DNA from: Nitrospirales bacterium
GTDB taxonomy: Bacteria; Nitrospirota; Nitrospiria; Nitrospirales; UBA8639
NCBI GenBank assembly: GCA_965203295.1
Contig: CBDBCZ010000016.1
Coordinates: 64,001-128,000 of the forward strand
Direction of reading: 5' to 3'
DNA: 64,000 bases
The notes beneath the pieces were generated by a model. That model was not told the origin of the DNA. It saw only the letters and a list, made by a program, of their open reading frames with translations, and searched no databases. The translations under genes and the position numbers were made by a program. Positions 39,521 through 54,800 of this stretch are shown here, piece by piece; within the stretch, counting starts at the first letter, position 1; each line of letters starts with the position of its first letter.

Positions 39521-40130
39521 ATATTCCGCGCGAACCAGGAATTTGCGCAATCCTAGAATCGCGCAATGCAAACTAGAAATCCATACTTTGCCGCGCAATC
39601 CCAGGATTGCGCAGCCAATTCCACTTTTGCGCACATGTGATATTGACACTTCTTTAGCTAGCTATAAAAATGCCACGCTCGGTCAGTAATGCAGCATCTC
39701 TGTGGCTTGCAAGCCATCAGTTTCATTCATCCGTCTTTATTGCAAACTGTAGATTGCCAGAATAATTTTACAATGTAATAGTTGTGACAAATTGTTTCAT
39801 TACAAATTTAATGTGTTGGTTTTAACAAATACAATAGCAGATTATCAATAGTTGGCGATTGGTTTTGTAACCACTGCCAGTAGTTTTTGCTTTCAGCACT
39901 TGACTCTTTGTTTATCCCTTTGCTGTCTATACTTTGACGCTTCATGCACTTCATATCAAAATTCGAACTTTGTACGAACGAATTTAGTCTACGCAATGCA
40001 GGGTTTGCGCAACGTATTCCAACTTTGCGCGAAAAACTGCGCAATGCTGGGATTGCGTGCCAAAGTACGGATTCCTACTTTGCGCAGCGCAATCCTAAGT
40101 TTGCGCAACTTCCTGGTTTGCGCGGAACAT
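39521..40130. mobile_element. MITE with ~95-bp TIRs, paralog of 10681-11281
   Basis: TTCCGCGCGAACCAGGAA..TTCCTGGTTTGCGCGGAACAT. Confidence 0.85.
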
Positions 40131-40370
40131 ATATATTATACAAACGCTTGCTGAGATGCGTTACAGGATTAGTCTCCTCGTGCTAAGGCGCTCAGCAATA
40201 ATAACTATGCAATACTACATCCAAAGGGACCAAAATTGGGCCAATTCTGCTGGAAGATGTAGCTGGGGGAGGGGGGGGGGGGGGGGGGGGTCAGTTTTCC
40301 AATTGTCCTGGGACCATTTCTTCCAGGACCAAGATGCCAGACACATCTGGATTTAGTTGGAACTATATTA

Positions 40371-41090
40371 TATAGGAAACCAGTTAGCCGCTATAAATTT
40401 CTTTCTACATGTATTATATATTTCAGAGGGGGATCAGTGTGCAACTTGCTGTGTGGTTATAGATTTCTTTAACGTACAGCTTTACTTGTTAAGCTTCAGT
40501 CATACCACACACACTACATACACGTTTCTGTGACAACCTCTCGCAATTAATTCATCCTCCAGTATAGAATTGACATGTAGTACATGGACATGTCTACAGC
40601 TACATCTACTTGTACACGCGTACATAGCAAGTAGCTCAGCTGAAAGCTAAAGAGTTTGTGATGTACATGTAATACCTACTGTCCATACATGCAAATAGTA
40701 TAGAACAAAACAAAAAAAATCGACACCTGTGTCGTAGGGATACTGCTTCTGGAGCTGCAGGGTGAAGCACTGCTGCTGTGAGGCACCTTATCTTCAGTTG
40801 AAAAACATCAATGAAGTCTCATTGACCTGCAATAGCAGAATCACATTTACAGTTATATTTAGTATACTTGCCTGCTGTGATAGTCTTGTTTGAAAGGAGG
40901 CAACCCATGATACAAGAGCTGCATGGCTATGATATGACTGATGCTTAAACATTCTGACAATACAAGTAAAGTTGTACGTTCAAGAAATCTATACCCACAC
41001 AGCACGTTGCACACTAATCCCCCTCTGAAATACACTTTCTCATAATCGACATGTAGAAACAAATTCATAGCTGCTAACTGGTTTCCTATA
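40371..41090. mobile_element. Foldback element with TATAGGAAACCAGTTAGC termini, internally deleted
   Basis: 40371-40507 is an inverted repeat of the end of 40508-41090. The latter is a diverged reverse complement of 11519-12075. Confidence 0.65.
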
Positions 41091-41093
41091 TGA

Positions 41094-43672
41094 TGTAACG
41101 GAGGTCTCCTCCAGCAGCTTAGCCTTAGGCTGGAGACGAAGATTGACTCCATTGTAGACAGTATGGCTATTGTGAGCTGTTGTGCATTTTTGTGTTGTCA
41201 ATGTTTCTGGGCATTCTTCTGTTGTTCATGTCTGCCAGCATTGTGTTTCTGTCCACCAGCCTGCATTTCTTTCTGAAGCATTCTTTCGTTGTCATGCTAA
41301 AGTCTATAAAAGCAGTCCATTCTTCTGTAAGATGCTGTTGATCCATTACTGTTGTAAAAAGTCTGTCATCTTTGTTCTGCGCTGCGTGCTCGCTGCTACG
41401 GCGAAGTTATAACCCGCGGGGTTCGCTACAATTGGTGTCAGGAGTGGGATAGCAGATGAGCACGAGAGCAGCTACTAGACAGCAGGAACTGGAAGAACAG
41501 CTGGCGAAGCTCATCGGCATGATGGGGCAGCAACAAGAGCGCCAGGAGCAGCAGCAAGAGCGGCAGGAGGCGAAGCTCATCGGCATGATGGAGCAACATG
41601 CAGCGGGAGCGACAGGAGCAGCTCGCGAGCGAGCAGCGGCAGTGGCAAAAGGAGCTGGCCCATCAGCAGGAGCAGCAGCTGGAGCAGCTGGTAGAAAAGC
41701 AATGGAAAGTACTGGAAAAGAAGCAGATGGAGGGGGAGCAGCAAGTGGAAGCTCTTCAGTACGATCTGGAGCGTACCAAGGATGCCGTGGAGGGCAGATT
41801 CCAGACGACCGAAGGCTGGCTAGCAAGCTGCAAACCTCGCATCGAGTGCTGGCCGAGGAGATGCGGGAAAGCCAGGCCTCTTTGAGGGAGGAAGTACAGA
41901 CAAAGCTGGAGACCCTTCAGAGCGTCGAGAAGAAGTCGCCAGAAACAACGCTCTCTCCGTCGTTGCGCGCATCTGCAGTAGAGCTCGAGGAGACGCGGAC
42001 AAGTCAGGCATCTGTGAAAAAGGAACGGCAGACGAAGCCGGAGAGTTCTGAGGAGAAGCCGACGGGGAGCGCGTCCTCTCCTCCCTTGCGGGCATCTGCA
42101 GTGGAGTTTATTACTACTGTGAATTCTTTCCTTGCAGGGGCAGATGACGGCATACATCGAACCTGTTCGGGAGGTGGGGTTCTGCATGCAGCGACCACCA
42201 CCGTTCGACGGGCGTTCATCTCGGGAGGCCTATATACTGGGCCCAATTCGAGATGTTGAGCCAGCTGAACCACTGGACAGAGACAGAGAAGGCCACACTA
42301 CTGGCGGTGAGCCTAAGAGGAGCGGCCCTGACTGTCTTGTCCAATCTCACAAGTGAACGTCGCGGTGACTATAGAGCTTTGGTCATCGCCATGGAGAAGC
42401 GCTTTGGAGCCGACCAGATTCACTCTGACAGGCCCTGGAGCCTGCACTTGAACTGGAATTCTACCAGTTAGCAAGCAGGCAGCGTTCAAGGGCGGTTCGT
42501 GAAGTTCAGCTGCTACCAGACCATGACAGTGGCACTCCACCACATCACAAGAAAGAGTAATTTCGGCGACAGAATACAGAAGTCTTCTTCAAGGATCAAG
42601 AAGTTCTCAACTGAGAAAGAAATCACGAGGATTCGGTGAAGCATCATCGATATCCCTTCCCAAGCGGTACACCTGTTGGAATTGTGGTGAGCAGGGGCAC
42701 ATGCGACGTGATTGCAAGCGACCAAGCAGTGGGACTTCTGATGGTGTGGGTGACGGTCAGCAGAACCAGGGAAACGAGCAGTAGCCAAGCTTGCGGGGCA
42801 AAGCTCGGCTATGTATTCTACCCAAGCCCCAACTGATATTTTTAAAACTGGAACCCTATATGGTCCTGACAACGTGGCAGTACCAGGGAAAGTGGAGGGT
42901 CGCAATTGTCAAATTACAATGGATACAGGAAGCAACATTTCCATTGTAAGACCAGACGTGTTACCTGAGGAAAAGCTGAGCGAAATACAACCAGTCAACC
43001 AATGCATCCGCACCGTTACTGGGGAGAAAGCTCCCATCCGGGGAAAAGGCAATCTTCGTCTCAGAATTGGATCCATAGAAATAGTACACATTACATAGAT
43101 TGCTGACATCCAAGACGAATGTATTCTGGGCTTAGATTTCCTAGAGCCTCATGAATGTCTAGTGAACCTGAGGAATGGTACACTCCAGGTGGGTGAGGAG
43201 GAAATTCCATTGCAAAAGCCTGCCGTGGTGACTACATTGACGCCATGCAGAGCAGTCTTGGAGACCACTATGATCTTACCACCTCAATCGGAATGTGTTG
43301 TACCTGCAAAAATGGATGGCCAGTGGAAGCACAAGCCAAGGTGGGGAATTATGGAAGCTGGAACCATAAACAAGGAAGCAGAAAGTGCCCTGGAAGGCTT
43401 GTTGGTTGCCCGAACTCTGGTAGACCTACATCAACCTACCACAGTCGTGAGAATGATGAATCTAACATGGCCAGAAACGCAAAGTCAAGAAGGGAACCGA
43501 AATTGCAAGATGTGAGCAAGTTGCAAGTGTTGTTCTGCAACAAAAGGAAATTGCAAAGGCAGAATCTGAAATGCTACACCTCCCTGAGCATTTGAAAGAG
43601 TTGTATATGCGGAGCGAAAGAGTTGTATATGCGGAGCAGCCATGGGCTAACAAAGGATCAATGCCAGCAGAC
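41094..43672 (+). mobile_element. Gypsy/Ty3 LTR retrotransposon remnant: 5' LTR 41094-41430, PBS 41433-41450, frameshifted gag from 41456, protease; no RT, integrase or 3' LTR
   Basis: LTR TGTAACG..CGCTACA. PBS TGGTGTCAGGAGTGGGAT is complementary to a tRNA-Leu 3' end. Gag motifs PPPFDGRSS..Y and LAVSLRGAA; zinc knuckle CWNCGEQGHMRRDC (42674-42715); protease MDTGSNISIV..ILGLDFL. Confidence 0.93.
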
Positions 43673-46600
43673 TATGTATTTTTTGGATGCAGTTGCTAGC
43701 AGAGAAGCAACCTCAAGCAACGTTTTCCCTTCTTCTTTTTCATTTAGCCCATTTCAATACATGATGGGACACCTGTATCAGATCCCAGTTCTACACACCA
43801 AAGAAGGAATACTCACGGTAGGTTCGATTTGTTGGAATGTAAGTCTGCACTATTGGTTTTATTTGAGTCGGACATTCAATACCATTATTTTTACAGTACT
43901 TCTGAAATTTTTTATGATATGTAATTATTTTTACAGTACTTCTGGAATTTCTGTGGGCCATATGAGTATTATGTTTCCAAAATTTAGACATACATGTGCA
44001 GGAGGATTGAGGCCCCCCCCCCCCCCCCCCCACACACACACCCACACCCACACACACAAAAGCAACCTGGATTGATTTTAAAATTTCCTTCACACCAGTT
44101 GGTACCCATCTAGTGTCTAGTGCAACGTAGCCTTGGCTCCACACACGCACACACACACTTTTAGTAGCTGTACCCACACCTGATGTGACACTCGTTCATT
44201 GCATTCAGCCTGCTATGATTACTACAGTATATGTGTGTACATATTGTTATTCTTGGTCCTGTTTTAGGACAGGATGTTGTGGAACAAAGAGCAAGAGCAG
44301 GAGAGGATTCTGAAAGCAACTCTTTGCTACGTATACATGATGCCCTCATTGAGAAGGTATATTAAATATGTTTTACTCATGGAATCTCATTCTAGCTACA
44401 TCCCTGGCCCTCCTACATGCAGGCCAAAATAGATAGCACAGGATAGTTGCTCTTGGCGTCGTAGAACACATTATTGTGATGCACGTTTTGTATTAAGTGG
44501 TTTATTTTCCTTGCTGGAAAACTTGCTGTATACACTCGAAAAGATGGTTAGTCTGAGTGGGCCATCAGCCTGTTCTGATCATTGGCCCTTACTTACATGT
44601 ACATGTACATGTATGTACACAGCTGACTATGTACATACATGTATCTGCTTTTCAAGGTTTGTGTACTGGATTCTGAAATACAAGTTGCATACATATTCAG
44701 ACTACATGCCACGTTTTACAGGATTATCAAGTGCAGTGCCTAACTGACAAGAGTCTGTAGGCTGGCTCTGTTTGAGTCTGAGAGCCAAAGAAAGGATGCT
44801 GTTATAGCTGAACTAAGGAAAGAACTGGCTGCTTACAAGAAGAACCCAAAGGCTAAAGATCTGAGGTATGTAAATTATGTGGAAAACAAGGCAGAAATAT
44901 TGTAGAGACTGCGTATAGCTCTGAACTATTCCTACTCTGTCAAAGCTGCATATGGGCATCATGCATATGAAACACACACACACATTTTCCATCTTAGCTT
45001 GTAATAGGCTTTACTAGGTTTGGATCACTCTCTGCTTCATACTAATCATTGCATGTTTAACTGCTCATGTTACATGTAGTTGTGGTGCTTTCACAGTTAG
45101 TTTCAAAGTAATGTATACAATGTTTTGCATACGTAGTTATGTTTCTATGGAGGAGCACCTGGAATCATTTGAAAGTCGTTTGTAAGAAATGATATCTGGT
45201 GTAGAAATGCTGAAGAAACAGGTCTGTATCACTTCAGACTGCCAGTATAAACCTTTATGTATGTATGTACCTACGCACATGTATGTATGTTAATTACACA
45301 TTTGGTCAACAGCATGGGCAGGTGCATGTTGAAACTTACTTGCATACAAAGCATGTGGCATACTACGTTCTACTGTAGACCACACGTTTATCCAGAATTG
45401 TGAATTGTTATCTTTAACAGCTAGCTGACACTGAGAGCCAACTGCAGTCTGCTACTAGCCGTAGCTCTTCACTCTGGAAAGAGCTGATGGGCAAGGATGC
45501 CACTGTGACTTCACTGACTCCGGAAAACCGGAGATTACAGGAGGAGAGCAAACTTTCTGCATGGCGCTCCTCTCAACTGAAACAAGAGTGTTGAGAAAGA
45601 CGTACATCTAATGCTTCCCTTCAAAAGCAGGTCAGCATCATGTTCACTGTATACATATGTGTGTCATGTACATAACATTGGGTATGGTGATTCTGTGTAC
45701 ATACAGCTCTTGTGTGCATGTACGTCTATGTTTGGTCTAGGGCAATGTACATGTTCACACCTTCCGGATTTTAAAGGTATTGTTAACTTGAAGGCCTGGT
45801 ACTCGGGCAAAAACCTGGGACTATTTATTTGAATTATAAGTGCCCAGTTATGCTTACCAGAAGATTGTGTTAGCAGTAAAGAAGCTACTTTACTGTATCA
45901 TACCTCCTAAAACCAGAGCCCAGCTGGGAGTTGAACCCATGCAGGACCTTCTGATTGCTAGTCAGTAGGCAAGTTTTATACGTAGCTACTAAACCCACTA
46001 GAAGCAGTCGCCAATATGACCTGCCAATTCTAATTGTGATTACTCTCTTAAGATAGTATCATGCAGCACCCATGTATGTGTTGCTGCTCTCTTCTGTTAT
46101 TATGTTTCATGTTGCATACATACAACAGGTGAAAAGTTGACAGAACTAAATAATGATCTTCAAAAGGTAAATGTGTAGAAAGTAACTGTCAATTATTGGA
46201 GTATGGAGAAACAGGATGTTCAAATCATATGTAGTATTCTGAATCACTACGATGCACACTTAGTAATACATTTAATATGCTTTCAACACTTGATATGTTG
46301 TGATTCACTCTCACTTGCTGTCAGTGAGTATGTTTTGAGCTTGTGAAGTACAGTAGAACGGTAGTGCAATTTCACCGGTTTCCAAAGCTATACTTCCAGC
46401 TGCTGCGGTGCATATGTATATGTGTGGGTGTTCAAACTTACGTAACAATAGATGTTAGATTTATGCACTGTGCACTGTCCTCAAATTGTTAAAGTACATG
46501 ACTGACATATTTTTAATACATACAAGACATGATTTTGCGAATGATAAGCTGATATTCAGCTTCCTGTTCTTTAGAGATTAAAACAAAGCCAAGCTAATGA

Positions 46601-49600
46601 AGAGAAGCTCAGCGCTAATGAATGAAAGAGGAAATCTGAACTTACCAAGAAGAGAAAAGATGATGCTACTGCTAAACAGGTAAGTAGTATTAAATTGAAA
46701 CCACATGGCTGTTTAGTAGGTTTATCGTTCATGTATGTAACACTGTCAAGCTCTCATCTTCTCATTAGGTTGACAGCTTCAATCACAAGATGTTTTAGAA
46801 GACCAAGTTTCTGAAGCAAAAGAGAGAGAGAGTAACCGTACTTGATAATGCGAAACATAAAGGTACACATGCGAATATCCTTTTGTAAAATACTCTAATG
46901 TACTAGGCCGGGTTACGTATATCATAACATTGATCGGTCGTTGGATAACAGTATGAATATGTACTCACCAACTGCTTTCAGGCTAGTTTGTCCATTACGA
47001 GGTGAGAAACATGTTGACCTCCAGTAATAATAGAATGAAGAAATATACTGTATGACAGCTTTTCAATCTCATGACACTATACTGAGAGCCACAGTCATGC
47101 CCATTGCTACATGGTGTGAGATTATATCGCAGGCTGGCTGCTTGAGAATAACTTGTTTATGCTATGCATATGTCATTGTGTATGGGTGCCGGTGTTATGT
47201 ATACCCCTGTCACGTGTGTATGCCTCTTGTGCATACAGATGTCCACTTTATGTGAGCAGCTGGTTACACTAGCCTCCAACGGGCTGTCTCAGAGCACTGA
47301 CATCAGCCCTGAAGCAGCTACTAGTGCTGTGACAACACTGGTGGAGGAGAACACACATCTGAAAGAGGACATTGAAAGAGTGACTCAACAACTAGAGCAG
47401 GTTTGACTCTTGCCACATGGAGTTGTGTGTTTCTTGATGCTACTCCAGTAATCTACATTTCCATACACCATGTACGCAGAAAAACAGTGTACATATTTAT
47501 TGTATACATATATACCTACATCATTCATTCATTTCTGGAGCACTGTGTTCCGCAAAAAATCAGTAACACACTGTATAAGTGTATAAGTACGGCAAAGAAG
47601 CAGAGGTGCAGGTGTATACGCAGGAAATATGGTTAAGAATCATTGATGTTGTTGCTGGTGGTAATAGAAATACTCTCTGCATAAACAAACTGATTCATGT
47701 AGCATCATCAAACACACTTTGGGAAGTAAAGGTTCCATAGCCTGCTGCATATATATTGAGATCTACGACTGAAACATTCCTTAATCTTTAGTATAATATA
47801 CACTCCAGGCCCTATGTTATGGCAGTACTATAATTATAGTAACTACGTATACAGGCACGTATGTATTTTAGTTACTGCGCATATGTACATATACGTATAA
47901 TGTGTTTATTGCCACTTCCTGTATTTCATACAGCTGCAAGACAGTCATTCTGCTGTGCGTTCTGGAGTTCATAGTGTTGTTGAGTGCTTTCTGGGAATGA
48001 AGGTGATGCACTTCATTGTAGTAGTAACTTGCATGTAAAAAGTTTTTAATAATATATGGTTGAACAGAAGATCTGGCTCTTTGCTAGCCAAGGGCACATT
48101 TATGAACCCAGAAAAAGTGTGAACTTTTTCTGATTCTATATTAGTACCCAAAAATCCATATGAATTCACATTGAACTATATTGGAGAAAACCTTGCCTGG
48201 TTAAGAGCCGGCTAGCTAGCTTGTAAAGTAATGAAAAGTGTGTGAATGGTGAGATTTCTATGTGATAGATACGTTTCTATCATACACATATTCAGTTTGT
48301 TTAAAGCAGGAGATTATTCAACCTAATTAAGTGCCTATAATTTTATACTGCTTCTAATTCTCTACCTTGAACATTCCTACATAATTTATTTCCATAGAGT
48401 ATACATGTATGAGCATACATATGCCCACTGCTATTCACAGCCTACGTAATCGAAAATTACTGCCCTACAATTTTTTTAAAGCCAATATTGTTAAACTATG
48501 TGCTGTCAAGATGACACCTTTTTATAGGCACTCTTATTGTTACAAGTATCATATGTGCTCTCATCTAAAGACCACATGCACCGTAACATACCCCACAATT
48601 AACCCCACAATTAACTGACAATTGGGGTTTGGCAACGTACTGGAGATGGGTTTGGCTCTGCTAGTGACTGAAGGTTAGAATCATAAATTCCACCAATTTT
48701 AAACAAATTTTGAATGACACATGAAATTTTTCATGTTTTCATGTATCAAACGAAAAGAACAGCTGGATACTAAATGTATTTTTCCCAGGCCAAAATACAC
48801 ATACACACATACACACATACACATGAGCTTATGCTTGTGTCATTACATTAGTAGCACTTAAAACTGTCTATTGCATTATTTATAGTTACTACTATAGTAA
48901 GTATAATATTATTATTATATAATAATATTATAGCAAATTATTGTTACTGCATGTCCTTTATAATTATGTAAGAATGCTGGAATAATAATTATTCACTGCA
49001 TGTCCAAAGTATTCCGTTGCAGGATGTGTTCAAGGGAGTAGATTATTCCACAAATGATTGAATAAACATCTATAACAACACATAATAATAATCTTTAGTA
49101 TATAGCTGCATGTTCGGTATAATATTACAAGGTGACAAGGATATCAACAAAGTATAGGGAACATATAATATTATGGCATTATACGGCTGGTCAAGAGCTG
49201 TATCACTTCAGTGGTAACTGTTTCTAGTTTGTGCTAATGGCTTGCCCCAAGTTGCATCACTCCATAGACCCCTGAGGTGACTGTTTCTCGTTTGCGTTAA
49301 TCACTGGCCCCAAGTTGTATCACTTTTTTTGGCCCTGTGGTGACTGTTGGTCGTTTGTGTCAATCCCGGCTTGGCATTAATTTCTATCTCTTCATAGTTC
49401 TACCTCTGTGGTGACCGTTTTGTTTAATGGCTTGCCCCAAATTCGAGATTGCGTTAAGTTTCGCAATTGCGTTAATGTTTCGCGATTGCGTTAATATTTC
49501 GCGATTGCGTTAATGCAAGTTTCTCGAGTGCGTTAATGGCTGCCCTCAAGTTTGTGACTGTTTCTCAATTGCGCTATGGCTGTCCCTAAGTCATATCATA

Positions 49601-50023
49601 CTTCATAGGCCCCTGTGGTGACTGATTCTTGTCCGCGTTCAAGCGATTGTGTTTGTTTCGAGTTTGCGTTAGTGTTTCGCGATTGCGTTAATGTTTCGCG
49701 ATTGCGTTAGTGTTTCGCGATTGCGTTTATGTTTCGCGACTGCGTTAGTGTTTCGCGATTGCGTTAATGCAAGTTTTTCGAGGGAGTTAATGGCTGCCCT
49801 CAAGTTTGTGACTGTTTCTGAATTGCGCTACGGCTGTCCCTAAGTTATATCATACTTAATAGGCCCCTGTGTTGACTGATTTTTGTTCGCGTTGAAGGCT
49901 TGCCTTAAATTCAAGCGATTGTGTTGGTTCGAGCGTCGAGATTGCGTTAACGACTCCAAAGTGTACTGGCAAGCGGAAACTATCGGCAAGGAAGTACATG
50001 TGAGAGAGTAATTACATGGCTGG

Positions 50024-50216
50024 GTCCTACTGGCAAGTGCTACGAGCGGGTTTAGTGGCTATATAAGTCTTAAAGCTTGCCTACTGCTCCACTGCCAAGG
50101 GGGCTCCAGTAGCTAGGTAAGAGCATCTGACTAGTATTCAGAAAATCTTGGGTTCAATCCCCAGCTGGGTCCCAATTTTTCGAGATTTCATTACTCTCTC
50201 AGAAAGCTTATCTTCT
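50024..50216 (+). mobile_element. tRNA-like Pol III cassette, duplicon paralog of 17989-18181
   Basis: Near-identical sequence at offset 32035. Confidence 0.8.
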
Positions 50217-50557
50217 CATAGAAGTTTGCAATGTAGTATACATGTACTATATACAATGTCGCGCGCGTGTACAAAGCTTGTCAATGAATGTTTGGCCATG
50301 CAGCCATTACATGTAACAGAATGGTTTATGAAGTACCCTTGCTTTGGTTTATGAAGTACCCTTGCTTTCACTGCTGAATGTCTGTTTCGAAACCGTGTCT
50401 TACTCATCCTACTCAAGCAGTATGGACTCGCTCCCCCACTCACCTTTTGAGGTTCTTCCTTTGCCACTGCTGACTCTAAGTACAATGACAATACTTTGCG
50501 CACGCGCGCCACAGGAAGAGAAGCGTGCGCCGCCATAACGATTGCGCGCGCCGCTCA

Positions 50558-51166
<609 letters not shown>

Positions 51167-51297
51167 AATTTTTTGACTGTACTATGGTAGTAAAGTATCC
51201 GCCCCGAACGAAAGCGCTTAGCCCCTCCCTAATCTTTAGTTATATAGCGATTGGGACCGCCCTTACAAATAGAAGAAAACACTTAGCCCCTCCCACA

Positions 51298-51388
51298 ATG
51301 ATGATGCGCTCGAAAAGGACTTGTCGTCGGTGTCCTGTTGCTGCTTCTTGTGGACGTAATTTGGGTCGGCTCAGCAGGCCTTACCAGG
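51298..51388 (+). pseudogene. SLC35F5: Orphan SLC35F5 exon 1 (duplication ends inside intron 1)
   Basis: Matches 19207-19297 (VLLLLLVDVIWVGSAGLTR|GTAAG); no exon 2 downstream in the window. Confidence 0.85.
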
Positions 51389-51567
51389 GTAAGTACATAG
51401 GTAGACTTCGTAAAACGGCTATGAGGGCAGAAAGTTATCCTACTATGATTACCTTGACACTAGTCTCGCGTGCCAGCACTAGCCTTAATTAACCATAGAC
51501 AGTCCTTCTATCTATGCCCTAACCTTACCCTAAACTTCGTGCAAGTATATTAATTCTCGTGGTGTCG

Positions 51568-51843
51568 GTATAGGATAGACTACACCAAAGAGTGGGTTAT
51601 GCGCCTATGTAACCCACGAGTTTGCGGTTATCCCGAGGCGAAGCCGAGGGATAAATGCAAACAAGTGGGTTATAGCGCATAACACACGAGTGGGTGTGGT
51701 CTATCTGACTTATACCACGTTGCGCATGCGTACAATCTTCGCTGCGTAGCAACGTAGCGAACTGATAAAAGTGTGAGTTATGAAACTGTAACCCATACTT
51801 ATTAGCCAATCATTTTTATTGTAGATGATGTAATGTGGTATAA
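51568..51843. mobile_element. Terminal-hairpin element family H, duplicon paralog
   Basis: Near-identical to 19474-19749. Confidence 0.7.
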
Positions 51844-54800
51844 TTCTGTTTAGTTGACTCCTAACTTAAATAATGTTGAGGTGTCAATTTGACACCTCGA
51901 CTACTGCCTGTTGGTGTTCACAATGTCAACCTCATAATATATTGTAGTTAACCATCATACATGTACTGATTTTCTTTGGAGAATGAAGCTAGTATCGTCC
52001 CCAAGACTAAGGGTCAGTTTACTGTATTAAAAGCCAAGACTTGGGGACAAGACCAGTGTTTTGTACAATTATGGATATATTTGTGGTAGGCCGAGTGCCG
52101 TAACGCGGAGCAAATGGACGGAGACTGTAGATGCTAACTGAAACTCATGCAGATCAATCTCTGCTCAAAACTCAGATCGATGCTTATACAAAGAATGCAG
52201 ATTAAATTCTATAGTGGAACAAAAGAGAGCTAGGGACAACACAACAAAGGAAACAATTAAACAATGTGCAAGAATAAACAGTGCGGGGCGACGTGTGGCT
52301 AGGCTATGACATAACCAAAAAGTAACCAAAAATAGATGTAACATTACATAACGGAAGAGGCAATATGCAAGATAAGATAACTGTAAATAGTTCAGCCAGA
52401 TCTAGCCTCGTTCTTAGGCTCTACTGCCCAGCGTTTTTTTGCACGTAGTAAAATAAGCGGTCAGACCGCTCATTTTACTGACCACTTGTTTTACTACATG
52501 CGAAATAAAAAGCTGGGCAGTAGAGCCTGGGAAAGTGGCTATTCTAAGTCCTCTATTTCATCAATAGCCTGTTTACATGTATGTTAGGTACTGGTAGATC
52601 TGAGAACATGGAAGTAGGAGGTTCTAAAACAGTTGATGGTGTCAGACAATTGCATTACATCCCAATAAATATATCAGTTCATCAGCCGAAAAACCGAAAC
52701 TTAAGAGGAGACACCAATGCTAACGATCTCGAATTAAGAGAAGTTGTTGGTCGATCTATTCACTAAACTACTCAATCAGTGTATATGGCCAACCCATTAT
52801 GAAACCGAATTTTACTTATGTGTCTTTACTCAAGCCAGCTGTATCTTGAAATGGAACTCAGGAAATGTGCAAAATAAGCTACTTGTATGTGTGTATAGCA
52901 TATTCCACTTATAGAGTCAACTGTGTCCTCCACAACTTTGAATGTATTCTTTAGCTACATATTCTTAAAATAGCCACACAATACAGAATCATACGCATGT
53001 GAGGAGCTACTGCAAACTGAACACCTTGCTGGTTTTAATAGCCGGAATAATGCAATGCATCTACCTCAACTGGATTCTTTGTGTAGTTAGAATAACTCTT
53101 TCAACAAGAGTCTATATTGGCATCCACAAAGAAAAGTTAGCCTTGCAGTTCTTTGTATAGTATAGTTTAGCTACAAGCAGCTCTACACTGGATATTCCCC
53201 TTTTGGCAATGAAGATCCTATACCAAGCAGCAGTTTTTATCAGCTGGAGCACGCACAGTGCACGAACGGCTGGTCCTAAGATTGGTTTACGTTTTCCACG
53301 TCTGTCTGTTTGTTTGTGTGTTTGAAGTGGATGGGGTACATTGACTCTTTTACTTTTACTTTTGCTTTTGTATTTTATCCCTTACTTTGTCTTTTTATTT
53401 ATTTTGTGTACATTGTACGTGCAGTTTATACGTATAACAAGTCTAAAAAACCAGCCGGGCGCCTTTCCCATACAATGCACACAACTTAGTTTAGGCCAAG
53501 CTAACTGGGAGTGCTAACTGCAGCTGTAGAACACAGTACAGCGAAAGTACTGACTCAGCAGTTTTGTTGTGCGCCTCCAGTTAGTAGCTATACACCACGA
53601 AAACGGAATCTTTATAGCTGCCTAGGCACCACACAACTACCTTATTTTGCTGTAGCTTGGCCTGCAAATCTCCAAAAGCTGCTATACACTGCAGTTGCAT
53701 AGTTGCATAGTAGCAGTTGATGTATTATATTGGGCATGTGATAAGTGTGGACGCACAAACAAACAAGCAAACAAACAAACACAGAAAACGTAAGGCAATT
53801 TTAGGACCAGCAGTTCGTGTGCTGCGTACGCTCTGGCTAGTAAAATGTATTTTGTATATACTTATATACTCTTTTTCTCCTATATAATATAGGAGAAAAA
53901 GAGTGATATGCCCACTGTTCCTTTCCTATATAATATAGGAGGGAAATAGTGGGTATCCACTATTTCCCTCCTATAGTATATGGGAGAGAATTAGTGGAAC
54001 TTCCACTATTTCCCTCCTATATTATATGGGAATGAAATAGTGGCAATCCACTATTTCTCTCCTATATTATAGGGGAAGAAATTTGGTGGCACTTCCACTA
54101 TTTTTCCCCTATATAATATAGGAGAGCGTCATGGAATAGTGGAAAACTGTACCAACCCTATATCCTACTGCTCCCTTCCAGTGAAATGTATTAGAGATGA
54201 TGTAATGTAAGTTTGTTAGTGCATCCTATGTTACTATGCAGGCCAAGCTACAGCAAATGACGTAGCGAACCCAGGTTTTTAGTTCTTTCTTTCAGCATTG
54301 CTGTTACTATCCGAACACTGTGCTGTTCCATATAGTACTACGCTACGCTAAAGGCTGCTGCAAATGATAGTTCTGCTGTGTGATTACAGGTTCTAACTTG
54401 AGTGGGTAGGGGGAGCAAAAGTATTGGGAAACACGACCGTCAAACTGTTCAGACATTTGTATACCACAGTGCTGCTTCACTCTTCAGAAGAGGTAGCTTT
54501 AGGAGTTTTATGGGACTTCTTTGGCTTAGCGTATTTGTACCTGATGGGGAACTAAGTATGATCATCATGATGCAACTAATCATTTTGCTGGAAGTAAATA
54601 CCCTATACTCTGGAGTATAAGTACCCATCAATTATCAATTACAAGTACCCTATGAATGAAGTACCCATTAACCCAGTTGCTTTTCTCTGCCTGAATAGTA
54701 GTACCCTTTCAAATGAATTAACTGGGATGTATAAATAGTGCATGTGTGACTAGTTAAGCATGAATAGTGATAATAACGGGTCCACTGTAGGTCTGCATTA

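Noticed and set aside
41456..42259. 267-aa ORF as an intact host protein
   Set aside because: It is Gypsy gag passing through frameshifts; the Ala/Gly-rich part is an off-frame reading of the Q/E-rich coiled coil.
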